A stretch of DNA of 64,000 bases from Chitinophagaceae bacterium (GCA_046296295.1 JBKBLG010000004.1:60187-124186); one strand, 5' to 3'. Counted from the stretch's first letter, positions 8,496 to 18,870 are shown. Translations and numbers: made by a program. Notes: generated by a model from the letters alone, not told the origin.

Positions 8496-10361
8496 TTAGC
8501 CATTCATACTAGCCAAAAACTCTTCATTGCTTTTGGTGCCACGCATACGCTTAAGCAATTCGCTCATGGCTTCTTCGGTGTTCATATCGTTAATGTATAA
8601 ACGTAAGATGTTCATGCGCTGTAATACTTCTTTTTCGAGTAACAAATCGTCGCGGCGAGTGCTGCTACCCACTAAATCAATCGCTGGGAAAATACGTTTA
8701 TTGGCAAGGCGGCGGTCGAGTTGTAACTCCATATTACCGGTACCTTTAAATTCTTCGAAAATAACTTCATCCATTTTGCTGCCTGTATCTATTAAGGCGG
8801 TAGCTAGTATGGTAAGAGAACCTCCGTGTTCAATTTTACGTGCTGCACCAAAAAACTGTTTGGGTTTTTGCATGGCATTGGCTTCTACACCACCACTTAA
8901 CACTTTACCACTGCTTGGTGCCACCGTGTTGTGTGCACGTGCCAAACGCGTGATACTATCGAGCAGAATTACCACATCGTGGCCACACTCTACCAAACGC
9001 TTTGCTTTTTGTAAGGCGATACTGCTTACTTTAACATGCTTTTCGGCCGGCTCGTCGAAGGTGCTGGCTAATACTTCGGCACGCACGCTACGTTCCATGT
9101 CGGTAACTTCTTCGGGGCGTTCGTCAATAAGTACTACCATTAAATATACCTCTGGGTGGTTGGCTGCAATAGCATTGGCCACCTCTTTCAATAACATGGT
9201 TTTACCCACTTTAGGTTGTGCTACAATTAAGCCACGTTGGCCTTTACCAATAGGGGTAAATAGGTCCATAATACGTGTGCTGTAGTTGTTGGGCGTTGTA
9301 AAGAGGTTTAATTTTTCGTACGGGAATAACGGTGTGAGGTAATCGAAGGGTACGCGGTCGCGTACTTCTTCTGGTGTTTTGCCGTTAATATGATCTACTT
9401 TAAGTAATGCGAAATATTTTTCGCCTTCTTTAGGAGGGCGTACGGTACCAACAACGGTATCGCCTGTTTTTAAACCAAATAGTTTGATTTGGCTGGGACT
9501 AACATACACATCGTCGGGTGAAGAGAGGTAGTTATAATCGCTACTGCGTAAGAAACCATAACCGTCGGGCATCATTTCTAATACACCTTCGGCAGGTATT
9601 ACACCATCAAACTCAATGTTAAAAGCTGGTTCGCGGCGTGGCGGTGGTTGGTGGCGAGGTTGAAAGGGTTCTTTTTCGCGGGGTTGTTGTTGCGATGGTG
9701 GTGCTTGGGCTGGTGCAGTGGTATTTGTTGTTAGTGTACTTGGTGTGGCTTCGCCTATTTCAATGGCATCAATATCATCGTCGTTGCCATCTTCATCTTC
9801 GTTGGTGAGGGTTAAACCATCGGGTACACCTTCTGGTTCTGGCGCGCTATTAAAAAGTGTGCTGGCGAAAGCAAGCATTTCTTCGTCGGTACGTTCGCGT
9901 TGTGCTGGTTTTTCTACTGTAATATTGGCATTTTCGGCTGGCCTTGAGGTGTTTTGTGTAGCATTATCTTTAGCCTCTTGCTTTGCTGGTTTTCTACCTC
10001 GCTTGCTATTGCTCTGTTTAGTGGCTTCGTTTTTTTGCTTGGCTGCCTTGGTGGTTTTTTCTGTAGCTAGTTCGTTATTATCGGTACTATTGTTATCGTG
10101 GGTTGGGTCACTCATAACAATGGCTTCTTCTGTTGCGTTGGCTGTACTCGTTTTAATAAGCTTGCGCTTGCGTGTACGGCCATGGTTGGCATCGGCAGCA
10201 TTGCTACCACCTGCAGCGATAGCTTGCTTATCGAGAATTTTATAAATAAGATCTTGCTTTTGTAATTTCAAAGCATTGGGAATGGCCATTTGCAGGGCAA
10301 TATCCATGAGTTGCTCCTGTGGCATGTCGTTCAGCTGCAGAATGTCGTACGTTGTGGTCAT
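8496..10361 (-). CDS. rho: Transcription termination factor Rho with a long N-terminal insertion domain
   Basis: The C-terminal 400 aa are canonical Rho: cold-shock-like RNA-binding region, Walker A PKVGKT, and the [13 protein letters not shown].. block. About 200 low-complexity residues (S/T/N/A/E/K/P/Q rich) follow the N-terminal helix bundle. The ATG is at 10361. Confidence 0.95.
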   Translation of the reverse strand: MTTTYDILQLNDMPQEQLMDIALQMAIPNALKLQKQDLIYKILDKQAIAAGGSNAADANHGRTRKRKLIKTSTANATEEAIVMSDPTHDNNSTDNNELATEKTTKAAKQKNEATKQSNSKRGRKPAKQEAKDNATQNTSRPAENANITVEKPAQRERTDEEMLAFASTLFNSAPEPEGVPDGLTLTNEDEDGNDDDIDAIEIGEATPSTLTTNTTAPAQAPPSQQQPREKEPFQPRHQPPPRREPAFNIEFDGVIPAEGVLEMMPDGYGFLRSSDYNYLSSPDDVYVSPSQIKLFGLKTGDTVVGTVRPPKEGEKYFALLKVDHINGKTPEEVRDRVPFDYLTPLFPYEKLNLFTTPNNYSTRIMDLFTPIGKGQRGLIVAQPKVGKTMLLKEVANAIAANHPEVYLMVVLIDERPEEVTDMERSVRAEVLASTFDEPAEKHVKVSSIALQKAKRLVECGHDVVILLDSITRLARAHNTVAPSSGKVLSGGVEANAMQKPKQFFGAARKIEHGGSLTILATALIDTGSKMDEVIFEEFKGTGNMELQLDRRLANKRIFPAIDLVGSSTRRDDLLLEKEVLQRMNILRLYINDMNTEEAMSELLKRMRGTKSNEEFLASMNG

Positions 10362-10414
10362 CAAATAAATATGTGTGAAATCATTAGATAAATTGTTTTG
10401 TTGCAGCGCTACAG

Positions 10415-10428
10415 CATTTGCCGTAAGG
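10415..10428 (-). repeat. 14-mer copy (CATTTGCCGTAAGG, exact to the degenerate consensus)
   Basis: About 53 nt upstream of the rho ATG. Confidence 0.8.
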
Positions 10429-10559
10429 CATACTTAAAACAATGTGTTGAAAAATTTTGCTTGATATGATTGAAGAAAACGCGGGTAGGAAATACACGTT
10501 CGATAACGGTACTGCTCGTTTTCTGTATGCAATAATAGGATATTTTTTCTTAGAAAAAA

Positions 10560-10573
10560 TATTTGCCGTAAGG
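10560..10573 (-). repeat. 14-mer copy (tATTTGCCGTAAGG, 13/14)
   Basis: 3 nt beyond the stop codon of the MscS-family gene. Confidence 0.75.
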
Positions 10574-10576
10574 TGC

Positions 10577-11638
10577 TTATTCTGCTTTTCCGACTTGTTT
10601 TAACTCGATGGTTCGTGTTGGATAGGCAAACTGAATGTTATTTTTATTAAATATTTCTATAATAGCAAGGTAAACGCTGTGTTGGGTTTCGACCATTAGT
10701 TTAAAGTCGGGGGCTTCGATAAAGTACACCGTTTCGAAATTAATGCTTGAATCGGCGAGTGATCGTAGGTGGCAACGATCGAAGGTGGCATGTGGTTGTT
10801 GTACGATGATGGCTTCTATAAGTTTCGGTATTTGTTGTAAGGTTTCGTGAGGTGTTTGATATGTTACGCCTACGGTAAATACAACACGTCTGCGTTCTAA
10901 ACGTTTAAAATTTTGGATGGTTGATTTCACCATTTCGGCATTGGGAATAACGAGTTGTTGCCCATCTACACTACGAACATGAGATGTTTTGATACCAATT
11001 TTTTCTACGGTTCCTGTGTTGCCATTGATGGTAATAGCATCGCCAACTTCGAATGGTTTATCAAAGAAAATAACGAGGTAACTGAATAAGTCGGCAAAAA
11101 TATTTTGTGTTGCTAAAGCAATGGCAATACCGCCAATACCTAAGCCGGTAAGTGCTGCACCAACATTAACACCCAAATTAGAAATAAACAATAAAAACCC
11201 TATTGCCCATACAATGCCTTTAATAATGAGTAACATACTGGTTACTTGGGTAATACGTTGCTCGCTTTCGCCTTTGTGGCGCATGTATAACACTAGGGAA
11301 TAGTGTAAAGAATGGTTCACAATACGTACCGCATAATACACCCATACAATAAGTATTAGGGTATCAATAGTTTTATCGAGTGCTGCCGGCATATGTAGCC
11401 GGTTAATAAGCAAATAGTTGATGGTTAAATAACCGAGCGGTACAATAAACTTATCAATAGCACTTACCAATACATCATCGAGCTCGTTGGTGGTTTTGGC
11501 GGTGAATTTTTTGAGGTAGGTAATTACAAACGATTTCAGTAAATGCAGTAACAGTCCAATCAACAGTAACCCTGTTAATAGTAATAGATAATCCAATGTG
11601 GTATTACCATAATATACTTGTTGTAACCACCGAAGCAT
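10577..11638 (-). CDS. Mechanosensitive ion channel family protein (MscS-like)
   Basis: 353 aa. N-terminal TM helices, a pore helix GALTGLGIGGIAIALATQNIFADLFS, then a beta domain FEVGDAITING.TGTVEKIGIKTSHVRS.DGQQLVIPN. Confidence 0.9.
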   Translation of the reverse strand: MLRWLQQVYYGNTTLDYLLLLTGLLLIGLLLHLLKSFVITYLKKFTAKTTNELDDVLVSAIDKFIVPLGYLTINYLLINRLHMPAALDKTIDTLILIVWVYYAVRIVNHSLHYSLVLYMRHKGESEQRITQVTSMLLIIKGIVWAIGFLLFISNLGVNVGAALTGLGIGGIAIALATQNIFADLFSYLVIFFDKPFEVGDAITINGNTGTVEKIGIKTSHVRSVDGQQLVIPNAEMVKSTIQNFKRLERRRVVFTVGVTYQTPHETLQQIPKLIEAIIVQQPHATFDRCHLRSLADSSINFETVYFIEAPDFKLMVETQHSVYLAIIEIFNKNNIQFAYPTRTIELKQVGKAE

Positions 11639-11662
11639 AGGTATTATTAGTTTATTATATCA

Positions 11663-12670
11663 CTACAAGTTGTGTGCCTTATTTACTACTTGGCGAATCA
11701 TAGCATCGAGTTCATGTGTACTTTTTTTGAGTAGTACCCACAAATCTTCCGGCACATCTTTATGCTTGCCTTCTAATTCTAATACTTGAACTAAGCCCAA
11801 GATATTGGCCAAAGGGCGGCGTATTTCATGGCTTTGTATTTTGGCTATCTCTCTTAATGCAGCATTCTGTTGTTGAATTTTGATCTCATATTCTTTTTGG
11901 CTAGTAATATTACTAGCAGCAATTACAAAACCAACATAACTGCCTTTAGTATCGTAGGCCGGGTAGTAGCGGCGGCTAAACCAAACACTACCACCATCTG
12001 GATAAGTGAGTTTATGTTCATAACTTACCACCTCTCCCGAAGCCGCCATTTGTTCTACATGAGCAATACCAATACTACGAGCCGGCTCATTAAAGTAGTT
12101 TCTGATATCATCACCGATATGATAGAACCTACCTGTTAATCGATAAATATGTGCTTGAGCAGCATTATTTACATACTCAATGGTATAATCGGGGCGTAAC
12201 AACACAATGGTATTATCGGTACTATTAATAATACTTTGCAACATGTTTTTGCTTTCGGCCAATAGTTGCTTTTGTGCTTGTAATTCCGATACATCTTTAG
12301 AAATACCAACAATGTATTGTGGCACGCCGGCAGCATTACGAACAACAAAGGCCTCACTTATAAGATACAACTCGTTGTTGCCTATCCTCAAATGTTCTTC
12401 GTAAATAATACTTTTTTGTTGTTGCAAGCAAGCTTCAAAGCGCTTACGAACATCGTGTATGGTGTGTGCCGGAATAAACTCGCCAATTTCTTTTCCTATA
12501 ATATCTTTTGCCGCAAGGTTGAAACGGTTTTGATAAGCTTCATTTACATAACGCACCACTAAATTTTCTGCGCTGCCATTCGCTTCTACCGATAAAATAA
12601 AAACAGCATCCCGCGTTTGTTCAACCAAGGTCTGATACAATTTTTGATGTATTTCTAACTCAGGGGGCAT
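11663..12670 (-). CDS. PAS-PAS-DHp protein (histidine-kinase-like, no catalytic ATPase domain)
   Basis: Two PAS-like segments, then an H-box IQSHEIRRPLANILG. The ORF ends about 45 aa after the H-box with no N/G1/F/G2 boxes. Confidence 0.7.
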   Translation of the reverse strand: MPPELEIHQKLYQTLVEQTRDAVFILSVEANGSAENLVVRYVNEAYQNRFNLAAKDIIGKEIGEFIPAHTIHDVRKRFEACLQQQKSIIYEEHLRIGNNELYLISEAFVVRNAAGVPQYIVGISKDVSELQAQKQLLAESKNMLQSIINSTDNTIVLLRPDYTIEYVNNAAQAHIYRLTGRFYHIGDDIRNYFNEPARSIGIAHVEQMAASGEVVSYEHKLTYPDGGSVWFSRRYYPAYDTKGSYVGFVIAASNITSQKEYEIKIQQQNAALREIAKIQSHEIRRPLANILGLVQVLELEGKHKDVPEDLWVLLKKSTHELDAMIRQVVNKAHNL

Positions 12671-12798
12671 TTGCTACGCTTATTTTGTTTTGTAACGGCG
12701 TGAATATAGGAGGTTTTCGCAGCCCTTGCCAATTTGTACTCAACAATATGCCGTTATCTTTGTGCTTAAATTATTGATGTTATATTTAATAAGCAAGC

Positions 12799-14250
12799 AT
12801 GTTTAACAAAAGAACCAAAATAAAAACAGTGCTATGTACCGAGCCAAATGAGCAACAAATTACCGTAATGGGTTGGGTACGTAGTTTTAGAAATAATCAA
12901 TTCCTTGCGGTAAATGATGGAAGCACAATACACAACCTACAAGTAGTATTACCACTAGGCTCGCAACCAGAAGCAACTTTAAAGCGGCTCACCACCAGTG
13001 CCGCCGTTAAAGCCACAGGCAAGCTTATTGCCAGCTTAGGTAAAGGCCAATCTGTAGAGCTAGTAGCAGAAAACCTCGAAATTTTAGGCGATAGCGATAG
13101 CGAAAAGTATCCGCTACAACCTAAAAAACACAGCCTTGAATTTTTGAGAGAAAAAGCACACTTACGCTTTCGTACCAATACATTTAGTGCTGTTTTTCGT
13201 GTACGCAACGCTGTTGCTTTTGCCATACATCTTTTTTTTCAAGAACGTGGTTTTGTGTATTTGCACACACCCATCATTACCGCTAGCGATGCAGAAGGTG
13301 CAGGAGAAATGTTCCGTGTAACAACACTTCCGCTCAATGGTACCGCACCTCGCAACGAACATGGCGATATAGACTTTAAGGAAGACTTTTTTGGTAGAAG
13401 TACCAACCTTACCGTAAGCGGACAGCTTGAAGGTGAGCTTGGTGCCACTGCCTTAGGCGAAATTTATACCTTCGGCCCTACTTTCAGAGCCGAAAACAGT
13501 AATACCACCCGACACTTAGCCGAATTTTGGATGGTAGAACCAGAAATGGCTTTCTATGATTTAGAAGATAATATGAACTTGGCCGAGGCGTTCATAAAGT
13601 ATATTATACAGTACGCTATGGAACATTGCGAGGCCGATTTAGCCTTCTTGCACCAACGCCTCGCCGAAGAAGAAAAAAGCTTACCTCAAGACAAGCGCAG
13701 CGATTTAGGACTACTCGATAAACTAAACTTTGTGCTCAACAACAACTTCGAACGTATCACATACACCGAAGCCATTGATATTCTCTTACAAAGCCCCGCT
13801 TACAAGAAAAAGAAATTTCAGTACGATGTAGCTTGGGGTATTGATATGCAGAGCGAACATGAACGCTATTTGGTAGAAAAACACTTTAAAAAACCCGTAA
13901 TTGTAACCAACTATCCAAAAGCCATTAAAGCATTTTACATGCGGCAAGATGATGGCTGTGCCGAAGGCCGCGAAACAGTTGCCGCAATGGATATTTTAGC
14001 ACCTGGCATCGGCGAAATTGTAGGCGGTAGCCAACGCGAAGAACGATTAGAAAAACTTGAAACACGCATGCAAGAAATGGGCATACCTACAGAAGAGTTG
14101 TTCTGGTATTTAGATACCCGCCGCTTTGGTAGCGTGCCACATGCCGGCTTTGGCTTAGGCTTTGAACGCATGGTGCAGTTTATCACAGGCATGTCGAACA
14201 TTAGAGATGTTATTCCATTTGCCAGAACGCCTAAAAACTGTGAGTTTTAA
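12799..14250 (+). CDS. asnS: Asparagine--tRNA ligase
   Basis: 483 aa class IIb synthetase with an N-terminal OB fold, FRAENSNTTRHLAEFWMVEPE (motif 2 region) and a C-terminal GFGLGFERMV.. Confidence 0.95.
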   Translation: MFNKRTKIKTVLCTEPNEQQITVMGWVRSFRNNQFLAVNDGSTIHNLQVVLPLGSQPEATLKRLTTSAAVKATGKLIASLGKGQSVELVAENLEILGDSDSEKYPLQPKKHSLEFLREKAHLRFRTNTFSAVFRVRNAVAFAIHLFFQERGFVYLHTPIITASDAEGAGEMFRVTTLPLNGTAPRNEHGDIDFKEDFFGRSTNLTVSGQLEGELGATALGEIYTFGPTFRAENSNTTRHLAEFWMVEPEMAFYDLEDNMNLAEAFIKYIIQYAMEHCEADLAFLHQRLAEEEKSLPQDKRSDLGLLDKLNFVLNNNFERITYTEAIDILLQSPAYKKKKFQYDVAWGIDMQSEHERYLVEKHFKKPVIVTNYPKAIKAFYMRQDDGCAEGRETVAAMDILAPGIGEIVGGSQREERLEKLETRMQEMGIPTEELFWYLDTRRFGSVPHAGFGLGFERMVQFITGMSNIRDVIPFARTPKNCEF

Positions 14251-14347
14251 AACACAAAACCACAATAAAGAGGAAGTAGCAAAAGAAAAATGAACAACCT
14301 GAGAATCGCTTAAACGATTTTTGTTTCCATCAGGTATCTGCTTACTA

Positions 14348-14379
14348 AGAGGCTGTCTCAAAAGTCGGCGACAGCCTCT
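14348..14379 (+). terminator. Hairpin terminator downstream of asnS
   Basis: AGAGGCTGTC-(12 nt)-GACAGCCTCT followed by TTGTTATTT. Confidence 0.5.
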
Positions 14380-14400
14380 TTGTTATTTGGGGCTATCAAC

Positions 14401-14414
14401 TTTTTACCGTAAGG
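14401..14414 (-). repeat. 14-mer copy (ttTTTACCGTAAGG, 12/14)
   Basis: Intergenic, just after the asnS terminator. Confidence 0.65.
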
Positions 14415-14774
14415 TGTACATCGGTTCCCGCTGTTACGGGCTACGCTTTACTTCGGTGCTACGCACTACCCCTGCACATCGGGCAGCCCATCGGCAGTAG
14501 TATAAGCATGAACATGTGCTGTAAAGTAATATGCGTAACTTACTTTGTAGTATCGTCAAATTAAGCACCATTATAGGAAGTGCCTTGGGGTTACTCGCTA
14601 GCTGCGGTAGCAACAATACTATACATAAGCTGGCCGACCATTGAAAGCTTCAGAAATTATTGCAACTACGAATCAGCTATTTTTATTAGGCTACAACCAT
14701 GGGCTTGCAGATGCAACAACACAAGCGTTGTACGCCACTTTTATGGAAGCCTGTTAATAGTGCATCATAATAAC

Positions 14775-15269
14775 ATGAAATTTCTAATTGCTCTATTGTT
14801 ATGTCTCCCGATTTTATCATTTGAACAGAATATAAATTATACTTCAGGAAAAGGTTCAAAGAATATTTATAATGACGCTTTATCGCATTTCATTACCATT
14901 ATCCAAAAGCAAGACAAAAAGTATTTGGATACATTGTTCATTGAAAGAGATTTTTTCTATTATCCTGATGACATAACTGAAACGGTTCATGGAGTGCGAA
15001 CAAAAATTTTAGGTTGGGCAGAAATAAACGAATTGCTTGAGCCAGAAAGACCATTTCTTTTCGTAAGGTTTTTGCCGTTAGGTTTTGACAAAGGAAAGTT
15101 TTATGTAATTATTTCTGTTTCACGCATAGTAAGACGAGCGGGAAAGAAATATAACTTTGAAAATGGTGTTGTTCTATATTATTCATTTGACTGTAACAAG
15201 AAGAATTTTAAATATTCCTCTTTTGAAATCTTAAATACGATAGAATTTAAAGGAACACTGGATTACTGA
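14775..15269 (+). CDS. Hypothetical secreted protein encoded by a markedly AT-rich orphan ORF
   Basis: Signal peptide MKFLIALLLCLPILSF. No recognisable motif. Base composition is visibly AT-richer than the neighbours. The 14580 start in the ORF track is an unlikely N-terminal extension. Confidence 0.5.
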   Translation: MKFLIALLLCLPILSFEQNINYTSGKGSKNIYNDALSHFITIIQKQDKKYLDTLFIERDFFYYPDDITETVHGVRTKILGWAEINELLEPERPFLFVRFLPLGFDKGKFYVIISVSRIVRRAGKKYNFENGVVLYYSFDCNKKNFKYSSFEILNTIEFKGTLDY

Positions 15270-15649
15270 AAGACCAAAGCGGCGTACAACATGGGGTTGG
15301 GCAATAGCAGGGCTGGACGTTGCTAGCTTCGGCTGTAGTCAGCTATCAACTTCAGTTTCGGCTGAACGTTATAAAATCCCCTGCCATCGCCAAGCCCTTT
15401 TCGGTATAAGGGTGCAACTTACCAAAGGTGAAGCAACACAATAAAGCAATGATTATCGTGTATTATACAGCACACCTACCTTACCAAGCAGTAGTGGTGC
15501 CACTGTATTTGATACACTGGGCAGGCTGGTTGCAATCAATGATGATAGCCTTCGTGTTATTGATAATTGTAACCATGATATTATTTCACAACATTTAGAT
15601 AACTTTTTGCACACGGCTTGTTGTTAACAGTGCCTTTGTAAATATTGTG

Positions 15650-15663
15650 CATTTACCGTAAGG
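15650..15663 (-). repeat. 14-mer copy (CATTTACCGTAAGG, exact)
   Basis: Intergenic, next to the S8 peptidase terminator. Confidence 0.85.
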
Positions 15664-15675
15664 ATAGTTTTTTAA

Positions 15676-15712
15676 TATAGATGGGGTTCGGCGAAGCCGA
15701 ACCCCATCTATA
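15676..15712. terminator. Terminator hairpin of the S8 peptidase gene
   Basis: TATAGATGGGGTTCGGC-gaa-GCCGAACCCCATCTATA, a 17-bp perfect stem. Confidence 0.7.
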
Positions 15713-15735
15713 TAATCAGTATAGCTATAATGTTG

Positions 15736-18700
15736 TTATAAAATAGTTACGGTGCCTTTATATACCACTTGCTTATCGGTAGCATTGGTGATGGTTAAGT
15801 AGTACACACCGCTTGCTACATTGCCAACAGGTACGGTTACACTTACACCATTACGTAAGCCCATATTTTGTTGATATACTACCTTTCCTGATGCATTGTG
15901 CAACATAATTTGAGCTACAGGGTAATTACCATTGCTCATGATATAAAATACATCTTTAGCAGGTTGAGGGTACACTTGCATGGCTGTATTAACCTCTGTA
16001 AAGTTAATAGCAACAATACGGCTATAGCTAGTACGTGTACGCTCATCGGTACGCAAGCGATAGTAGTAAGTACCTGCTGTAAATATTTTAGTATCAACTA
16101 CTTGGTATTTACTTTGTTGTGCAGTATTACGCGGCTGTGCAGTACCCACTATTGTTACCTCGCTAAAATTAGCATCGGTACTACGCTCTATTACAAACTG
16201 TGTTAGCTCACTTTCAAAGGCTGTTTCCCAGGTAAGTAGTGCTTGCTGCTTATTTTGTTTTTGTCCGCTAAAGTGTAATAACTGTAGAGGCAACGCACAA
16301 GTAGCATTAGATAGGTTAATATGTGATTGTGGTAACGAACGACGACCACGCATACCACCTACACGAGCCCGTACGGCTAATAACTCCTCTGCACCTGTAA
16401 CTATACCGCTCACCAAAATGGTTGGCGAAGTGCTGGTTGCTACCTGCTCCATAAAGCGATCGCCAAGTTTCAGAACATCGTAAGCTGTAGCGCCGGGTAC
16501 TGGGGCTACTTCAACAGTAGAAGTACCCGCACAAGTTGCGGTAATATTATTGATGGTTGGAACTCCTACGATAGCAAACACCGTATCGCTTTCAGAGGTA
16601 ATACCATCGCGAGCAATACGAACACGCACCTTTGCACTACCTGTAGTAATGTTAGGTACTGTCCAATCGAAAAAACGTGTACTGCTACTTAGGTTTGAAG
16701 TAATGGGTAGCCAGTTAGTACCATCGGTGGTGTAATCGAGTGCGAAAGTGGCCGATACCGCACTAGCATCCCAACGTATACGCTGTAACTCACCAGGTAC
16801 AAAACTTTCACCTCCGAACGGATACACCAAACGAACATTATTGTTGTAGTAATATTCTATAACCACGAAATAGGTTTGCGGACCATCAGTAATTGACTCT
16901 CCCCTAACACTTAAGGTATAGTTACCAGCAACAGGATTATCGAGCTGTACTTGTTCAACGTTGTTGATGTTGTCGGTTATAAATTCGCTACCTACTACAG
17001 CGGGTGCCGCACAACTAAAAGCTGTAGGTATAACACCTGCATCCATAATCCAAGGGTAATACACAATACTTCCGTTCGCGTTTGTTACACGTGTATTAAT
17101 ATTGTTCACCAACGCTACCGCTGCACCGCTAAAAGCTTCCGGGTCTACCCAGTAAGTCATAATTTTAGCTGTTGCTACATTCGCAGGAATGTTGATGTTA
17201 TGTGTTATCGTTTGACCTTGTGTTACCGTACCAGTAAAATAACGATTTTGTTCAATACACTCTACTGCTCTTAAAGTGTTGATTCTTCCCCAACCAAAGG
17301 TGAAATCAGGCCCAGGGTTACCAAGATCATCAGCAGTATTCAAGGCAATGGCTTTAATTAAACCGGCATTCGGATCGTTACCATTATTACGCAAGCGATA
17401 GGCTTGATACAATACAGCAAGATTACCTGTAATAGCCGGACAAGCCATAGAGGTTCCACTTAAAAGCGTATATAAGTTACTGGGTTGTGTAGAATTAACA
17501 TTGGTACCAACTGCAGCAATATCGGGCTTGATACGACCATCTGGTGTTGGTCCTTTACTGCTGGTACTAGCAATAGCATCGGATTTAGTAACATTCGCTA
17601 CTGCCATACTATTTTTCGAAGCTTTAAAACCTCCGGTAATGGTTCTCCATCCACCGCTAATGCCGCCGCATGTTTCTGTACCTGAGTTACCGGCAGAATG
17701 CACATGCATTAATGCGGGGTAGGTTCTTAATTGAATATCATGATTGCGTGCATCGGTATTGTAGCCGGCATTACACGATTGACCCAACGAATGCGATGTT
17801 AAACGCACATTGTTAAACGCGTATATGTTGGGTATTTGATTTAAATCGTTGTAGTTATCGTATACTCGCAGGGTTGCACCCGGAGCATTACCTACTACGG
17901 TTGGGTTCCAGTTACCAGCACCGGTAATAATACCAGCAACGTGATCGCCGTGGCTTCCACTGTTCCCAATGGCATTCACTTCAATACGACCAGCGAAATC
18001 AACATGCGGACCAACAAATCCGTCGTCGCCCATTGTAATTACAACACCGCTACCATTTAATTTTCGTCCACCAACAAAATTATCACTCGTGTTAACATTG
18101 GTATTCCTATGTGCTGTAGTTGCTTGAATATCTTCAATTGTTGCAGGGGCAGAAATAGGTTCAATGTAATGCACTAAAGGGTGCTTAGCTAACAACTCAA
18201 TGTTACGCACAGATATTTCTGCTTCAATAGCATCGGCAGCAGTTGCAGCAGTATATTTAAATTCAGATATCCATTGCTGTAACGCTTGTACAGCTTGTGA
18301 AGTAGTAACACTTTTATCAATTACTACTGTAACCTTACGGATGGTATCGTTGAGTACAGCCCACTGAATGCTGCTTGCATCTCTCAGAGTGGGGTCTATT
18401 TTGGCATAGCTCACAGGTGCCATTACGCTATATACTTGCCATTGCGCCAGAAGCTGATAATCACTGAATGTTGCAGGTATGGTGGCGATATAGGTATTGT
18501 TAGGCACATACTGCAAAAGCCGTATACCAGCCGCAGCCAACGCTTGCTTTGTAGCGTCGGTGGGTATTTGGTTAAACTGTAACCATACATGATAGTTACC
18601 CTCGTACAAGCACGCTTGAAAACTAGCCGAACTATTACCAGGATGCAATTGCGGTTGTGAATTTACGAACTCTCCCGTTTTCAACCGCACTTTTACTTGT

Positions 18701-18759
18701 CCATAAGAAGCACTGCCCATCAAAGTAGCAGCAACGAAAAGTAGAAACAACTTCCGCAT
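15736..18759 (-). CDS. S8 family (subtilisin-like) serine peptidase with a T9SS C-terminal sorting domain
   Basis: 1007 aa with a signal peptide. Catalytic triad contexts are MGDDGF (Asp), SHGDHVAGII (His) and SGTSMACPAITG (Ser). The C-terminal ~80 aa (VYPQPAKDVFYI...SGVYYLTITN..KGTVTIL) is a typical type A T9SS CTD. Confidence 0.9.
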   Translation of the reverse strand: MRKLFLLFVAATLMGSASYGQVKVRLKTGEFVNSQPQLHPGNSSASFQACLYEGNYHVWLQFNQIPTDATKQALAAAGIRLLQYVPNNTYIATIPATFSDYQLLAQWQVYSVMAPVSYAKIDPTLRDASSIQWAVLNDTIRKVTVVIDKSVTTSQAVQALQQWISEFKYTAATAADAIEAEISVRNIELLAKHPLVHYIEPISAPATIEDIQATTAHRNTNVNTSDNFVGGRKLNGSGVVITMGDDGFVGPHVDFAGRIEVNAIGNSGSHGDHVAGIITGAGNWNPTVVGNAPGATLRVYDNYNDLNQIPNIYAFNNVRLTSHSLGQSCNAGYNTDARNHDIQLRTYPALMHVHSAGNSGTETCGGISGGWRTITGGFKASKNSMAVANVTKSDAIASTSSKGPTPDGRIKPDIAAVGTNVNSTQPSNLYTLLSGTSMACPAITGNLAVLYQAYRLRNNGNDPNAGLIKAIALNTADDLGNPGPDFTFGWGRINTLRAVECIEQNRYFTGTVTQGQTITHNINIPANVATAKIMTYWVDPEAFSGAAVALVNNINTRVTNANGSIVYYPWIMDAGVIPTAFSCAAPAVVGSEFITDNINNVEQVQLDNPVAGNYTLSVRGESITDGPQTYFVVIEYYYNNNVRLVYPFGGESFVPGELQRIRWDASAVSATFALDYTTDGTNWLPITSNLSSSTRFFDWTVPNITTGSAKVRVRIARDGITSESDTVFAIVGVPTINNITATCAGTSTVEVAPVPGATAYDVLKLGDRFMEQVATSTSPTILVSGIVTGAEELLAVRARVGGMRGRRSLPQSHINLSNATCALPLQLLHFSGQKQNKQQALLTWETAFESELTQFVIERSTDANFSEVTIVGTAQPRNTAQQSKYQVVDTKIFTAGTYYYRLRTDERTRTSYSRIVAINFTEVNTAMQVYPQPAKDVFYIMSNGNYPVAQIMLHNASGKVVYQQNMGLRNGVSVTVPVGNVASGVYYLTITNATDKQVVYKGTVTIL

Positions 18760-18870
18760 TCAATAAGGTTTAAAAAGTAGTAGAAAAAAGCGTTTCAATT
18801 TATTGAAATAACAGTTGTTAGCCAAAACAATAGATAAGATCCACATCATCTTTAATTGCTGATAGATGTT

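Noticed and set aside
8527-10245. Long antisense ORFs (8527..9285 and 9718..10245, plus strand) opposite rho
   Set aside because: They lie entirely inside the strongly supported rho CDS. Their products are low-complexity S/L/R/A strings typical of the antisense of a biased coding region.
14580-14774. N-terminal extensions suggested by the ORF track at 14580, and at 20535 for gpmI, 46612 for acpH, 52059 for LysE, 4547 for pnuC and 5181 for the NadR-like gene
   Set aside because: The extensions mostly start at non-ATG codons or, like the 46612 ATG, inside the 14-mer motif. They add non-conserved residues ahead of obvious conserved N-termini or signal peptides, so internal ATG starts were preferred.
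14727-15290. 10-bp inverted repeat GTTGTACGCC (14727-14736) and GGCGTACAAC (15281-15290) flanking the AT-rich orphan gene
   Set aside because: A 10-bp inverted match within a few hundred nt is not statistically compelling, and no other transposon features are present.
15465-15628. Trypsin-like peptidase fragment (..SSGATVFDTLGRLVAINDDSL..)
   Set aside because: The resemblance covers only about 20 residues, with no start codon and no catalytic context. It is mentioned in a finding but not annotated as a pseudogene.
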